Shown here: positions 11,194 to 22,150 of the stretch, piece by piece
How positions within the stretch are numbered: the stretch's first letter is position 1
Layout: each line of letters begins with the position of its first letter
From: an uncultured Verrucomicrobiae bacterium
GTDB taxonomy: Bacteria > Verrucomicrobiota > Verrucomicrobiia > Chthoniobacterales > UBA10450
DNA length: 64,000 nucleotides
Reading direction: 5' to 3'
NCBI GenBank assembly: GCA_963772365.1
Contig: CAVYXA010000003.1
Coordinates: 288,001-352,000 of the forward strand
The notes under the pieces: model-generated
Told to the model about the DNA's origin: nothing
Seen by the model: only the letters and a program-made list of their open reading frames with translations
The model's database searches: none
Made by a program: the position numbers and the translations under genes

Positions 11194-11756
11194 ATCGGCA
11201 TGCCTTTCTCCCGAAACCGGCGCTCGAATTTTGTCGATGGTAAGTCATGGCCTTTCGCTTCAGCATTGTCGATCCTAACTAGTTGCGAATTGGCAATTGC
11301 GAGCTGCTCGACTTGTTTGAAGTAATCAAGCTGATCGGTCGCCATTTGAAAAACGCCGCCAGGTTTGAGAGCACGGCAAATCGATTGCAGAAATTGCGAC
11401 GTTACTACTCTGCGCCGTTGATGACGCCGTTTTGGCCACGGATCGGGAAACAAAAGATAGAAAGCGTCCACAGAATCTTTCGGCAGCAAATATCGGGCGG
11501 CATAGGAGGTCTCCAGATGCAACACCCGCACATTGTCGATCCTGTACGCCTGGCGGCAGACTTTGGCCACGCGTCCAACCATGCGTTCGATCCCCAGGAA
11601 ATTCCATTCCGGATGGCGCTCGGCCAGAGCAATCAGAAATGATCCGTCGCCGCAGCCAAGATCGACATGCAAGGGCGCGGCTCGCCCAAAAATTTTCGCG
11701 ACAGGAAGCGGTTCAACGTACGAATCCGGGACCAGCTCAATTGAGGCCACTTCCAT
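11154..11756 (-). CDS. trmB: tRNA (guanine-N7)-methyltransferase
   Basis: DLGCGDG, NFLGIE, FPDPWPKRRHQRRR, ATD, TKFE motifs. Confidence 0.93.
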   Translation of the reverse strand: MEVASIELVPDSYVEPLPVAKIFGRAAPLHVDLGCGDGSFLIALAERHPEWNFLGIERMVGRVAKVCRQAYRIDNVRVLHLETSYAARYLLPKDSVDAFYLLFPDPWPKRRHQRRRVVTSQFLQSICRALKPGGVFQMATDQLDYFKQVEQLAIANSQLVRIDNAEAKGHDLPSTKFERRFREKGMPIYRLLLRKVSPVM

Positions 11757-11772
11757 TGCTCCTGCGCGTGTG

Positions 11773-12378
11773 TCACATCCGGCCCCGCCGTTTGTAGAAG
11801 CGATATCGTTCCATGACCGAATCGACATAATTTCGGGTAGTCGGAAAATCGATGTTTCGGAGGAAATCTTTCGATTTGACTCCCACTGCCGCGCTGCCGC
11901 CCACCCAGCGCTGAACGCGACTGGCCCCGGCATTGTATTCGGCCAATGCAAACGGCAATGGATCGGGCTGCTGTTCCCAGTGTTGAACTGCGCGATGCAA
12001 ATACCACGCGCCAGCGCGCAGATTTGTCTCCGGATTGAACAGCTCTTCCGCCTGAAAATTGTCGATCTTATTTTCGCGGGCCCATTCGGCGGCGGCGGTG
12101 CCGGTGACTTGCATTAAACCTCGTTCGCCTCTGGTGCCGTATTTCAGTGGATCGAACCGGCTCTCCCGCCACACTACCGCTTTTACCAGCATGGGATCGA
12201 GATCATCCCTGGTTGCGATCGAACGGATCAACGGATCGTATTTTTTGAAACGAGCCGGGCTGATCCATTCGTACAATGTGTAGACCGGATCGCCGGAGCG
12301 AAACGCCAGGTAGATAAGACAGGCGGCAAGCGCTACGAGCAGACAAACAACCAACTTGAACAGAAAACGGATCATCAA
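11773..12378 (-). CDS. Lytic transglycosylase (SLT domain) with N-terminal anchor
   Basis: RESRF, GLMQV, NLRAGAWYL, AEYNAG, TRNYV motifs. Confidence 0.9.
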   Translation of the reverse strand: MMIRFLFKLVVCLLVALAACLIYLAFRSGDPVYTLYEWISPARFKKYDPLIRSIATRDDLDPMLVKAVVWRESRFDPLKYGTRGERGLMQVTGTAAAEWARENKIDNFQAEELFNPETNLRAGAWYLHRAVQHWEQQPDPLPFALAEYNAGASRVQRWVGGSAAVGVKSKDFLRNIDFPTTRNYVDSVMERYRFYKRRGRM

Positions 12379-12460
12379 TTCGCGCTCGTACTGCTAATAC
12401 TCGTGGTCAAGACAACTTTCCATTTCGATCCATAACTTACACGATTACGATTAGAGCACG

Positions 12461-14701
12461 ATGATTAGGCCAAATTACGTCCGGGTAGTGATCGATCGTG
12501 CTATTCATCGCGAGCTCGATTATTCCGTGCCGGAAACGCTGGCGGAAAGAATTGGCGTCGGGTCGCGCGTTCGGGTTCCATTTCGTGATAAATCGGGACT
12601 GGCCACAGTCGTGGCAACGATGGACAAGAGCGAGGCGAAAGGAATTCGGCCCGTGGAAGCTGTCGTCGGTGAAACGCCGATTCTGAGCGAGGACTTACTC
12701 GAATTGGCCAGATGGATTGCGACGTATTACTGCTGCCCAATTGAGGCAGTGATGCGCAGTTTGTTGCCACAGGTGATCCGGCGCGCGGAAGTCAGCTGGA
12801 AGAAACAATTGTTTGTACAGCCTGGCCGTAAGATCGACGATGACGACCTGCGTAAATTGCAGAAACGCGCGCCACGTCAGGCGGAACTTTTGGAGACGAT
12901 TTCCAAATTGGAAACGCCGGTGACTGCGGCGAAACTTCTGCGGCAAACTTCATTGGATCATCAAACCCTGCGCGCGTTGGTCAGGCACGGTCTGGTGGAG
13001 TTGCGCGAAGAAGCGGTGGCGCGCGACCCACATGGAGACGAGGAATTCATCGCCACGTCGAACCTTCTGTTGAACGAAGAGCAGACTGTCGCGCTCAAAG
13101 AAATCACTAGGGCGCTGGATTCGCCTGAGAACGCGCGTCCGATCTTGATTCATGGTGTGACCGGCTCCGGCAAAACGGAGGTTTACTTGCAGGCGATCCG
13201 GGCCGCGCTCGACCGCGGGCGCACCGCGATTGTGCTGGTGCCCGAGATTTCGCTTACGCCGCAGACGGTCGAACGTTTCAAAGGACGGTTTGCTGAAGCG
13301 CAGGCGGACGTGGCGGTGTTGCACAGTCATTTATCCGAAGGTGAACGCCACGACGAATGGCACAAGATCCATTCGGGACAGGCCCGGATCGCCATTGGTC
13401 CGCGGAGCGCGGTGTTCGCGCCGATCAAGAATCTCGGACTGATCGTTGTCGATGAAGAACATGAGAACACCTACAAACAGGAGGAAGCGCCACGGTATCA
13501 TGCGCGCGATGTCGCCGTTGTGCGGGCGAAGATCGAGAAGTGCGTTGTGGTTCTTGGAAGCGCCACGCCGTCGCTGGAGAGCTATCACAATGCGACGACC
13601 GGCAAATATCGTTTGAACGTTTTGACCCAGCGGGTCGACGAAAAGCAGATGCCGCTGATGCGTATTGTCGATCTTCGCCAGGAACGTCGGCGCGAAAAAG
13701 CGATAGCGATTTTATCGGAGAAATTGCGGACGGCGATCGAAAATCGTTTGGACAAACGCGAACAGACAATCCTGTTTCTAAATCGGCGCGGATTTTCCAC
13801 ATCTCTTTTGTGCAGCAATTGCGGCGAAACACGCGATTGTCCCAATTGCAGCGTCGCGCTCACGTTTCATCGTCATCCCGGTGTGGCCGGAAGACTCAGT
13901 TGCCACTTGTGCGGGCATACGGCCGCCGTGCCGAAGAAATGCCCGGCTTGCGGCCAGGATGCGCTGATCTACGCAGGCTTTGGGACAGAAAAAGTTGAGT
14001 CCACGGTATCTCAGATTTTTCCGAAGGCCGTTGTACGCCGAATGGATGCCGATTCCATGACGCGAAAGGAATCGTATCGGGAAACGCTGAGAAATTTTCG
14101 GACCGGCAAGATCGACATCCTGGTCGGGACGCAAATGATCGCGAAAGGGCTGCACTTTCCGAACGTCACACTGGTTGGAATCATCAACGCCGATCTGGCT
14201 TTGCATCTGCCTGATTTCCGGGCAGGCGAGCGGACGTTTCAGCTTCTTACTCAAGTGGCCGGGCGAGCTGGCCGCGGGGAAACGCCGGGCGAAGTTTTCG
14301 TTCAGACCTACACGCCATTTAGTCCATCGATTCAGTTTGCCCGACATCACGATTTCGCAGGTTTTTTTCAGCAGGAGCTGGAGTTTCGGGAACGGTGCGA
14401 TTTTCCGCCGTTCAAACACGCGCTCCTCATCACGGTTCGCTCCGCGCACGAAGGCCGCGCAAAATTATCAGCCGAAACGCTAAGGCGTCGTTTAAAGGAA
14501 GCGTTGCCAGAGGAATTTCTGCTCGGCGAAGCCACGCCCGCGCCGCTCGAAAAACTGCAAGGTCAGTTTCGCTTTCACATTTTAATTCGCGGGCAGGCAA
14601 TCCTGCGGCTCAGCCGGCTGATTCGCGAGACGCTGGACAAGTTGCCTTTTCCCGAAGATGTCGCAGTCGCAGTGGATGTCGATCCTTACCAACTGCTGTA
14701 A
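12461..14701 (+). CDS. priA: Primosomal protein N' (helicase)
   Basis: GVTGSGKTEVY, DEEH, GSATPSLES, four CxxC pairs, QVAGRAGR. Confidence 0.97.
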   Translation: MIRPNYVRVVIDRAIHRELDYSVPETLAERIGVGSRVRVPFRDKSGLATVVATMDKSEAKGIRPVEAVVGETPILSEDLLELARWIATYYCCPIEAVMRSLLPQVIRRAEVSWKKQLFVQPGRKIDDDDLRKLQKRAPRQAELLETISKLETPVTAAKLLRQTSLDHQTLRALVRHGLVELREEAVARDPHGDEEFIATSNLLLNEEQTVALKEITRALDSPENARPILIHGVTGSGKTEVYLQAIRAALDRGRTAIVLVPEISLTPQTVERFKGRFAEAQADVAVLHSHLSEGERHDEWHKIHSGQARIAIGPRSAVFAPIKNLGLIVVDEEHENTYKQEEAPRYHARDVAVVRAKIEKCVVVLGSATPSLESYHNATTGKYRLNVLTQRVDEKQMPLMRIVDLRQERRREKAIAILSEKLRTAIENRLDKREQTILFLNRRGFSTSLLCSNCGETRDCPNCSVALTFHRHPGVAGRLSCHLCGHTAAVPKKCPACGQDALIYAGFGTEKVESTVSQIFPKAVVRRMDADSMTRKESYRETLRNFRTGKIDILVGTQMIAKGLHFPNVTLVGIINADLALHLPDFRAGERTFQLLTQVAGRAGRGETPGEVFVQTYTPFSPSIQFARHHDFAGFFQQELEFRERCDFPPFKHALLITVRSAHEGRAKLSAETLRRRLKEALPEEFLLGEATPAPLEKLQGQFRFHILIRGQAILRLSRLIRETLDKLPFPEDVAVAVDVDPYQLL

Positions 14702-14813
14702 AAGCGACGTGAAGACGCGTGCGCACTCCGAAAGCTATCGCGAAAGGGAAAAGAGCTTGGTGCGATTTTGCACGAAGTGCTGTAGGAGTGCGATTGCGTC
14801 CTCGCATCGCTTT
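14701..14813. repeat. Palindromic REP-like element, family A copy 2
   Basis: Same outer arms as the 8702 copy; lies between convergent priA and DMT genes. Confidence 0.85.
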
Positions 14814-14842
14814 CGAACGGTTGACCACGCACCCGCGGCAGC

Positions 14843-15794
14843 CTAGTCCTGCTCTACGCTTGCCTGAGCTCGTTGCACCATCGTCACCGCTGCTATTAGA
14901 ACAATGGCAGCGGCAATCTGATGCGGCCGAAGGGCGGCGTGGAAAAATCCCCATGTGATACAAACGGCCGCCAATGTCTGCATCATCTCGAAGTAACCAG
15001 CTGTCGATGCTCGCGTCCGGCGCAAACCTTCGAAATAAATCAGAAGCGGAATTCCGCCCGAGATTGAGGCAAGTAAAACAAGCGCGCCGATCGCTTGCCC
15101 GGTGTGAGCTTGAGCGGCTGCGGGCCAGAGCGACGCTCCATTGAACTGGCCATAGCCGAGCAGAATGAAACTCATGCAAACCAGTCCCACCACAATCCGC
15201 ATGCTCGCGGCAAGCCGCAGCGACATGCCGAGCATGACGCCGCGGCCGGCGACTGTCGATCCCGCCCAAAAGAACGCGCAAATGAGTGCGTAGCCGGTCC
15301 CGATTGTTAGGCCCGCTTTGGCAAAGGAAACGCCGATTAGTTCGGGATGTTCGACTGACAGAAACATACCGGCGATAATTGCGATCGCAGCATGAAGAAA
15401 AAAGCGCGGCGCTAGTTTGTCGTTGAAAATGAGAACAGCGCCCAAAGTCGAGATCACTGGTTGAATGTTCAGGATCACGTTGACCACAGTTGGGTTGCCG
15501 TATTTGAGGGCGAGCGTAAAAAAGATCGTCCCAACAGCCGAACCGGCGAATCCGGAGAAAAAAAGAAAGCCCCAGGTCCGGCTCGTTGATCTTGCGAAGC
15601 TCACCGAGACGCGGCAGCAGAATCGGAAGAAACATAAGCAGGATCAGAACGTGCTCCCAAAACACGATGACTTTTGCATCAAACAGGTTGTTAAGCGGAA
15701 TCCGCCACGCGCTTTCAGTTCCCCAAAGCGCCGCACCGAGTCCGACCAGCCATGGGCCGTAATTTAAGCGATTGGATCTCCGCTCGGTTTTCAT
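14843..15794 (-). CDS. DMT/EamA family transporter, apparent frameshift near 15587
   Basis: N-terminal GAALWGT...TM helices in the 14610..15794 frame join SRTWGFLFFSG...QPV...YFEGL in the 14843..15604 frame. Confidence 0.8.
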
Positions 15795-15979
15795 GTGAAC
15801 CGTCTATCCGCAGCCAGGTAAAGCGTCAACGCTTCCCCAGATTGCCGTTAGGGGTAGGACCAGTACAAAGAAGACCCAAATTAGGATCGACAATTTCCAG
15901 AAAATTGTTTATTTGGTCCATTCGGGCGCGAGTTTGTGCCAAAGCCCGGCTACCAAGCGCCAGAAAGGGAAATCCGCCT

Positions 15980-17917
15980 ATGAAAATCTTTGTTGTGACG
16001 TGCTGTTTGAGTCTCTGTCTGTTCTCGTTGCTGAACGTCTCGGTTGCGCAAAATCCAAGAGCGCCGAAGCATCTGCCGGAAACCTACGATAACCCGCCGG
16101 CCTATATCTATCGGCTGGAGACCGGGCCGCGAATGGTTTTGCCGTTTGGTGCATTCACGAGTTATCAGGCCAATGTTGATTCCAATGGCAACAACATCGT
16201 CGGCGATGCGGCCAACGAGTGCTCGATTACAACCGATTCGACTAATCCACTGAGGATGGCGATCGGGTGGCGGCAGTTCAACAATGTAACGTCAAATTTT
16301 CGGCAAGGCGGATGGGGTTACACGACTGACGGTGGCTTGACCTGGCATTTCCCCGGTGTTCTGGAAAACAATGTTTTTCGGAGCGATCCGGTGCTGACCT
16401 CGGACGAAACAGGTCAATTTTATTATCTCAGTTTGCTCGAGACGTTGTGCGATGACGTGTGGCGGTCGTTGAACGCTGGCCAATCCTGGACGCGGTTGCA
16501 ACCGATCGCGGGCGGAGCCGGCGGCGGCGACAAACAATGGTTTACCATCGACAAAACGAGCGGGCCGGGCCATGGCTTTCAATATCAGGCATGGGATACC
16601 GCGACATGCAGCGGCTCTCAGCAATTCAGTCGCTCCACTGACGGCGGCGTGACATGGACGACGCCGATTAATTTGCCGAATTCAATCCAGTACGGAACGC
16701 TCGATGTAGACACGAATGGCAATTTGTTCGTCGGCGGCGAGCGAGCGTCCGGCAGCGGTTTTTATTGTTTACGCTCGAGCAACGCGCAGAACGGCGGGGT
16801 TACGCCTAGTTTCGACCGAATCACTTCCGTCAATCTCGGAGGCCAGCTCGACGGTGGAGGAATAAATCCCGCAGGACTAACTGGTCAGTTGTTTCTGGCG
16901 GTAGATCACTCCGGCGGCCCGACAAATAACAACGTTTATATGCTGGCGAGCGTGCTTCCGACGGGAGCGAACTCCGGTACGGAAGTGATGTTCGCGCGAA
17001 GCACGGATGACGGTCAAACCTTTAGCGCACCGGTGCGGGTCAACGACGATTCGATGGTGGCGGGCCGATGGCATTGGTTCGGCACGTTTGCCGTGGCCCC
17101 TAACGGACGGCTTGACGCAGTCTGGTACGACACGAGGAACTCGGGGAACAACAGAGATTCGCAACTGTTTTATTCCTACAGTATCGATGCCGGTGCGACG
17201 TGGTCGCCCAATGTCGTAATCAGCGCCGCTTTTAATCCGCAGGAAGGTTATCCGAACCAGAGCAAGATCGGCGATTACATTACGATTGTTTCCGACAACA
17301 ACGGTGGCAACGTGGCCTACTCGGCAACATATAACTTCAATCCTGGGCGCAATCAGCACGAGGAAGATGTTTATTACGTTCACGTCCAGCCGCCGGACAC
17401 GATCCCGCAGAGCGCTGTTTCGCGGAAGACGCATGGCGGCGCGGGCACATTCGATGTCGATCTTCCATTAAGTGGCGCGCCCGGAATCGAATGTCGAACC
17501 GGTGGATCGACTAACGATTACATGATCATTGTGACATTCGGGAATCCCGTTATCGTTAACGGCAGTCCGCAGGCGCAAGTGACGTCGGGTGTGGGCTGCG
17601 TCGGCACGGGAGGCGTATGCGATGGCAATGTATCGATGAGCGGCAACACGGTTACGATCCCACTAACGAACGTGGCCAACGCGCAGACATTGAACGTCAC
17701 GCTCAACAGTGTGAATGGCGCAGTGAACGTCACGATCCCCATGAGCGTCCTTGTAGGAGATACGAACGCGAATGGGACTGTCAGCAGCTCCGATGTCGCC
17801 CAAACTAAGGGACGCATCGGCCAAGCAGTCGATGTGACGAACTTCCGCTCGGATGTGAATGCCAGCGGCGGGATCAACTCGGCCGATGTCTCGATCATTA
17901 AGCAGATGCTTCCTTAG
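15980..17917 (+). CDS. Secreted BNR/Asp-box (sialidase-like) beta-propeller protein with C-terminal dockerin-like module
   Basis: Signal peptide; Asp-boxes YTTDGGLTW, RSLNAGQSW, RSTDGGVTW, RSTDDGQTF, YSIDAGATW; tail GDTNANGTVSSSD / SDVNASGGINSAD. Confidence 0.85.
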   Translation: MKIFVVTCCLSLCLFSLLNVSVAQNPRAPKHLPETYDNPPAYIYRLETGPRMVLPFGAFTSYQANVDSNGNNIVGDAANECSITTDSTNPLRMAIGWRQFNNVTSNFRQGGWGYTTDGGLTWHFPGVLENNVFRSDPVLTSDETGQFYYLSLLETLCDDVWRSLNAGQSWTRLQPIAGGAGGGDKQWFTIDKTSGPGHGFQYQAWDTATCSGSQQFSRSTDGGVTWTTPINLPNSIQYGTLDVDTNGNLFVGGERASGSGFYCLRSSNAQNGGVTPSFDRITSVNLGGQLDGGGINPAGLTGQLFLAVDHSGGPTNNNVYMLASVLPTGANSGTEVMFARSTDDGQTFSAPVRVNDDSMVAGRWHWFGTFAVAPNGRLDAVWYDTRNSGNNRDSQLFYSYSIDAGATWSPNVVISAAFNPQEGYPNQSKIGDYITIVSDNNGGNVAYSATYNFNPGRNQHEEDVYYVHVQPPDTIPQSAVSRKTHGGAGTFDVDLPLSGAPGIECRTGGSTNDYMIIVTFGNPVIVNGSPQAQVTSGVGCVGTGGVCDGNVSMSGNTVTIPLTNVANAQTLNVTLNSVNGAVNVTIPMSVLVGDTNANGTVSSSDVAQTKGRIGQAVDVTNFRSDVNASGGINSADVSIIKQMLP

Positions 17918-17926
17918 AAGCCCCGG

Positions 17927-20728
17927 ATGCATACGACTTTCAATCGGTGCACGTCAGTCGCAGTTGGCCTATGTTTCGGCGCTTTCGGCCTAACGATCTT
18001 CGGGCTTGCTGCAAGTTCGCCAAGGGGAGGGAACCTGAAACTCCGCACCGCCCCTGCGACTAGCTCGTCGGGGCAACTCCAGCGCGGTATTTATCGGGGC
18101 ATGCCGGTGTCGTACTTTATCCAAAACGGCAAAGCGATTTTCCAAGGCGATATTCTGCTGGAAAAAATCGAGCCGATTCTTACCGAAACGAAGCAATCGC
18201 CCGAACCGACCTCATTCGGCATTGCTTATGGCCAATATCTTTGGCCGAGAGTTGGAAACCAGTATCAGATTCCTTATGTGATTGTGGCGGGAAGTGGAAA
18301 TGAGAGCAATCTCAACGCCGCCATCGCGCAGTTTAACAGCACGTTCACTGATCTTCAGTTCGTGCCGCGCACGACCGAGCCGGATTACGTCGCAATTTAT
18401 TTCGACCCTAACGATAACAGCGGACAATGCGAATCATCCATCGGACGCGTAGGCGGCCAGCAGCAAATGGGTGGTGCTGGCGGTTCATTTCAACCCTGCA
18501 CCGTCGCGACCGTTTTGCACGAGATGGGGCATGTTGTCGGTCTCTGGCACGAGCAATCCCGCCCGGATCGCGACACGTTTGAAACGATTCATTATGAAAA
18601 CATCATCAAAGCTTCGCGCTCCAACTTCGATCCGATTTACGATAACCAGCAGCGGAGCACGCTGTTCGATTACGCGTCGATCATGCATTACCCGCCGTTT
18701 TCCTTTTCCCGCAATGGCGGGCCCGCGATTGAATCAATTCCGGCCAGCATTCCCTTGTCGAACCAGATCGGATACAGCGCCGCCGACATCGATGGCATTA
18801 AGCGACTTTATCGACTCGCGCCAACGGCCATAACGGTCACAAGCAACCCGCCCGGTCTGCAAGTCATTGTCGATGGTACCACCATCACCACGCCGCAGGT
18901 CTTCAATTGGGCGCTCAATTCGACGCACACGCTCGACGTTCCACCAGTCGTGCAAAGCCAGCCCGGCAACATCGTCGGCACGAATCAGCCGACGACCTTC
19001 TATTATTTCTATGGACGCTGGAACGATGCTGCTGCCGCGTCGCACAGCATCACAATTACTCCGGGAAACGGTGATCCTGCCACTCCTGCCACATCTCCTG
19101 CAGTAACGATCTACTCAGCCAGTTTCATCCAGCTTGTGCCCTATTCCGTCAGTATCTCGCCAGTGGACGCGGGAACGGTCACTCCTTCACCGGCGCCGCA
19201 AAACTATCCTGGCTCTGCACTTCTCTTTTACACGGCGCGTCAGCAAGTCACTCTGACCGCCACTCCAAATGCGGGACAAAGCTTCTATGAGTTTATCAAC
19301 GCGCCGTTCTGGTTGCCCGGCGGGTTGGGCGCGAACCCGAAAACGTTTTACGTGCCGGACACTGGTCTCACTGTTGATACAACGGCCTATTTCTCTCCGA
19401 ATCCTGTTTACACGATCACAGTCGCACCCAATGCCTTTAGCTCGAATCTCTGGGTTTATGCCGATGGTAATTTTTGGTATGCGCCCAAAAACTTTTCCGC
19501 CTTTTACGATTCAGGCTGGACCCCCGGCAGTATGCACACTCTCGCTGTCGATGATCCGGAATATCCGTACAGCTTCGCGACCCGGTTTGCTTTCAACCAG
19601 TGGAACGATGGCACACCCACGGCGACGAGAAGTGTGATACTTCCGGCGAGTGCCATCACCTATACGGCCAACCTCACGCCGCAATTCTATGTGACCGATT
19701 ACGTCAACCAATCATGCGCCGGCTCTATCACCGTGACGCCGCCTTCTCCCACCGGCGACGGTTTTTATCCTAACGGGCAGCTCCTCACCTTTATGGAAAT
19801 GCCAAACTCCGGCTGGACGTTCAGCGGCTGGCAATATGATTTGAGCGGCACCTCCAGCTCGCAACCGCTCACCGTGTCCGACGAAGTTCTCGTTGCTGCC
19901 GATTACAATACGATTGCGACGCCACTGACGCTGACAAATCTCAATCCATCCAGAGCGGTCGCTGGTGGAGGAAATTTCATGCTTACGCTCAATGGCACCG
20001 GATTCACTGTTAACTCTGTTGTTTCCGTTAACGGAACTTTTCCTCCCGTGACATTTATCAACTCCACGCAACTGACTGTGCCGGTCAGCGCAGCCCAGAT
20101 CGCAACGCCCGGAGCTTTCCAGGTCTGGGTCGAAAATTTCCCCAACGGTGCTCCGTGTGCCGCCTTCGTTGCGCTGCCGTTTACAGTTGCGAATCCGCCA
20201 GCACCACCCACGCCGACATCTGTTGTCTCGCGCAAGACGCATGGGGCCGCCGGCACATTCGATGTCGATCTTCCTTTGACGGGAACGCCAGGACTCGAAT
20301 GCCGCACTGGTGGATCGACAAGCGATTACCAGATCGTCGCCACTTTTCCGGTCCCCGTCACAATTGATGGAAACCCGCAGGCGCAGGTCACTTCCGGGAC
20401 GGCCACGATCGGCAGCGGCGGAGTTGCCAATGGCGGCGTCGTTTCCATCACCGGGAACACGGTCACAATTCCCCTAACTAGTGTTGCCAACGCGCAAGCA
20501 CTCAGCATCCGTCTAAATGGTGTGGACGGCGCGGGGAACATCACGATTCCAATGAATCTGTTAATCGGCGACACCAACGGCAATGGAGCGGTCAGCAGTT
20601 CCGATGTGGCTCAGACCAAAGCCCGAATCGGTCAGGCAATCGGTATGACGAACTTTCGTTCGGACGTAAATGCCAGCGGTGGCATCAACTCGACCGATGT
20701 CACAATCATCAAGCAACACCTGCCCTAG
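17927..20728 (+). CDS. Secreted astacin-like (M12A) metalloprotease with beta-repeat/IPT domains and dockerin-like module
   Basis: HEMGHVVGLWHEQSRPDRD zinc motif, SIMHY Met-turn, IPT-like LTLNGTGF...FINSTQL, PPAPPTPT linker, shared tail. Confidence 0.9.
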   Translation: MHTTFNRCTSVAVGLCFGAFGLTIFGLAASSPRGGNLKLRTAPATSSSGQLQRGIYRGMPVSYFIQNGKAIFQGDILLEKIEPILTETKQSPEPTSFGIAYGQYLWPRVGNQYQIPYVIVAGSGNESNLNAAIAQFNSTFTDLQFVPRTTEPDYVAIYFDPNDNSGQCESSIGRVGGQQQMGGAGGSFQPCTVATVLHEMGHVVGLWHEQSRPDRDTFETIHYENIIKASRSNFDPIYDNQQRSTLFDYASIMHYPPFSFSRNGGPAIESIPASIPLSNQIGYSAADIDGIKRLYRLAPTAITVTSNPPGLQVIVDGTTITTPQVFNWALNSTHTLDVPPVVQSQPGNIVGTNQPTTFYYFYGRWNDAAAASHSITITPGNGDPATPATSPAVTIYSASFIQLVPYSVSISPVDAGTVTPSPAPQNYPGSALLFYTARQQVTLTATPNAGQSFYEFINAPFWLPGGLGANPKTFYVPDTGLTVDTTAYFSPNPVYTITVAPNAFSSNLWVYADGNFWYAPKNFSAFYDSGWTPGSMHTLAVDDPEYPYSFATRFAFNQWNDGTPTATRSVILPASAITYTANLTPQFYVTDYVNQSCAGSITVTPPSPTGDGFYPNGQLLTFMEMPNSGWTFSGWQYDLSGTSSSQPLTVSDEVLVAADYNTIATPLTLTNLNPSRAVAGGGNFMLTLNGTGFTVNSVVSVNGTFPPVTFINSTQLTVPVSAAQIATPGAFQVWVENFPNGAPCAAFVALPFTVANPPAPPTPTSVVSRKTHGAAGTFDVDLPLTGTPGLECRTGGSTSDYQIVATFPVPVTIDGNPQAQVTSGTATIGSGGVANGGVVSITGNTVTIPLTSVANAQALSIRLNGVDGAGNITIPMNLLIGDTNGNGAVSSSDVAQTKARIGQAIGMTNFRSDVNASGGINSTDVTIIKQHLP

Positions 20729-20742
20729 TTTGGCGAGCTGGC

Positions 20743-22140
20743 ATGTTCTTCGTCGACTTTAGAGCTCCTATCAGATCGGCGACGCGATTTTTCTGTCCCA
20801 GCGTTGCCGCGCTGTTCGTAACAGCCGCGTCTGCATTTGCAGTCATTCTTTACGGAACGGGCGATCCCGGCGCCAACACAAGCGCTCCCACAGGCGATCT
20901 AGCCGGCAGCGGGTGGCAGTATGAAGGACAGTTCGGCAATTTTCTTGGAACAGTCATTGCCTCAAACTATTTTGTTACGGCGAAACACATCGGCGGCAAT
21001 GTCGGCAACGCTTTCACTTTTAATCAGATTAATTATATTACCACCGCCGCGTTTCCCGATCCATCGAGCGATCTCCAAGTTTGGCGAATAGCCGGAAGCA
21101 TTCCCGTTCACGCTCCGTTGTACAGCAATGTTGGTGGAAGTGAGTCGGGTCTTGAGCTGGTCGTTTTCGGACGCGGGACTCAGCGCGGGGATGCTGTTTT
21201 AGTGGGTAACGACATGCACTTGGGAGGTTGGGGGTGGGGAGTTTCAGACACGGTCCAGCGTTGGGGCACAAATCAAGTAGGTGCAGTCGTGAATGATCCA
21301 GACTACGGCCAGTTGCTGTATGCACCTTTCGATGCTGGTGTCGGACGCAACGAATCGCATCTTTCCGTAGGCGACTCGGGCGGTGCCGTCTTCGTATTCA
21401 ATCCGACGAGCAGCCTATGGGAACTTGCCGGAATCAATTTATCCGTGGATGGCCCGTTCAGCAGATCTCCCACGGGAGCGAATTCGTTTAATGCCGCGCT
21501 CTTCGACACCAACGATCTTTTTGTGCAAGCCGAAGGCGGGAGTTGGATTCCCGCCCCAAACCCGAGCGGATTTTATGCGACAGAGGTTGCTGCTCACAAA
21601 GGTTTTGTCGAATCGGTGATAATGCAATTGCTAAGCACCGTGTCGCGCAAAGTCCATGGCAGCGCTGGAACGTTCGATGTCGACCTGCCTCAAAGTGGTC
21701 GGCCTGGCGTCGAGTGCCGGGGTGCTGCTTCGGCGAACGATTATACGATCGTGTTCGTTTTCATGAATAACGTTTCTGTTCAATCGGCCAGCGTGACGAC
21801 GGGCATCGGCAGCGTAAGTAGTTTTAGTGTTGTCGGAAATCGGGTCACTGTAAATCTTACCGGCGTAACAAGCGCGCAAAGGGTCGTGGTAACACTCGCA
21901 AACGTAAGCGACGGAACAAACACAAGTGACGTTCAAGCCACCATGGATGTGCTCATCGGCGATACGAACGGAGACGGAAACGTGAATGCGTCCGATCTCG
22001 CGCAAACCAAATCGCGAATCGGACAATCACTCGACGCTATGAACTTCCGTTCGGACGTAAATGCCAATGGCGTCGTCAATGCCACAGATGCGGCCATCAT
22101 TGAATCAAATATCGGCACAGGGCCTCGCTCAACCCGATAG
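20743..22140 (+). CDS. Secreted trypsin-like serine protease with dockerin-like module
   Basis: VTAKH (His), SDLQV (Asp), GDSGG (Ser); shared C-terminal tail. Confidence 0.82.
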   Translation: MFFVDFRAPIRSATRFFCPSVAALFVTAASAFAVILYGTGDPGANTSAPTGDLAGSGWQYEGQFGNFLGTVIASNYFVTAKHIGGNVGNAFTFNQINYITTAAFPDPSSDLQVWRIAGSIPVHAPLYSNVGGSESGLELVVFGRGTQRGDAVLVGNDMHLGGWGWGVSDTVQRWGTNQVGAVVNDPDYGQLLYAPFDAGVGRNESHLSVGDSGGAVFVFNPTSSLWELAGINLSVDGPFSRSPTGANSFNAALFDTNDLFVQAEGGSWIPAPNPSGFYATEVAAHKGFVESVIMQLLSTVSRKVHGSAGTFDVDLPQSGRPGVECRGAASANDYTIVFVFMNNVSVQSASVTTGIGSVSSFSVVGNRVTVNLTGVTSAQRVVVTLANVSDGTNTSDVQATMDVLIGDTNGDGNVNASDLAQTKSRIGQSLDAMNFRSDVNANGVVNATDAAIIESNIGTGPRSTR

Positions 22141-22150
22141 TTCCGAGTCG

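Noticed and set aside
12380..12460. ACGATTACGATTAGAGCACG low-complexity tract before priA as a regulator
   Set aside because: Looks like a degenerate short repeat; no specific structure can be supported
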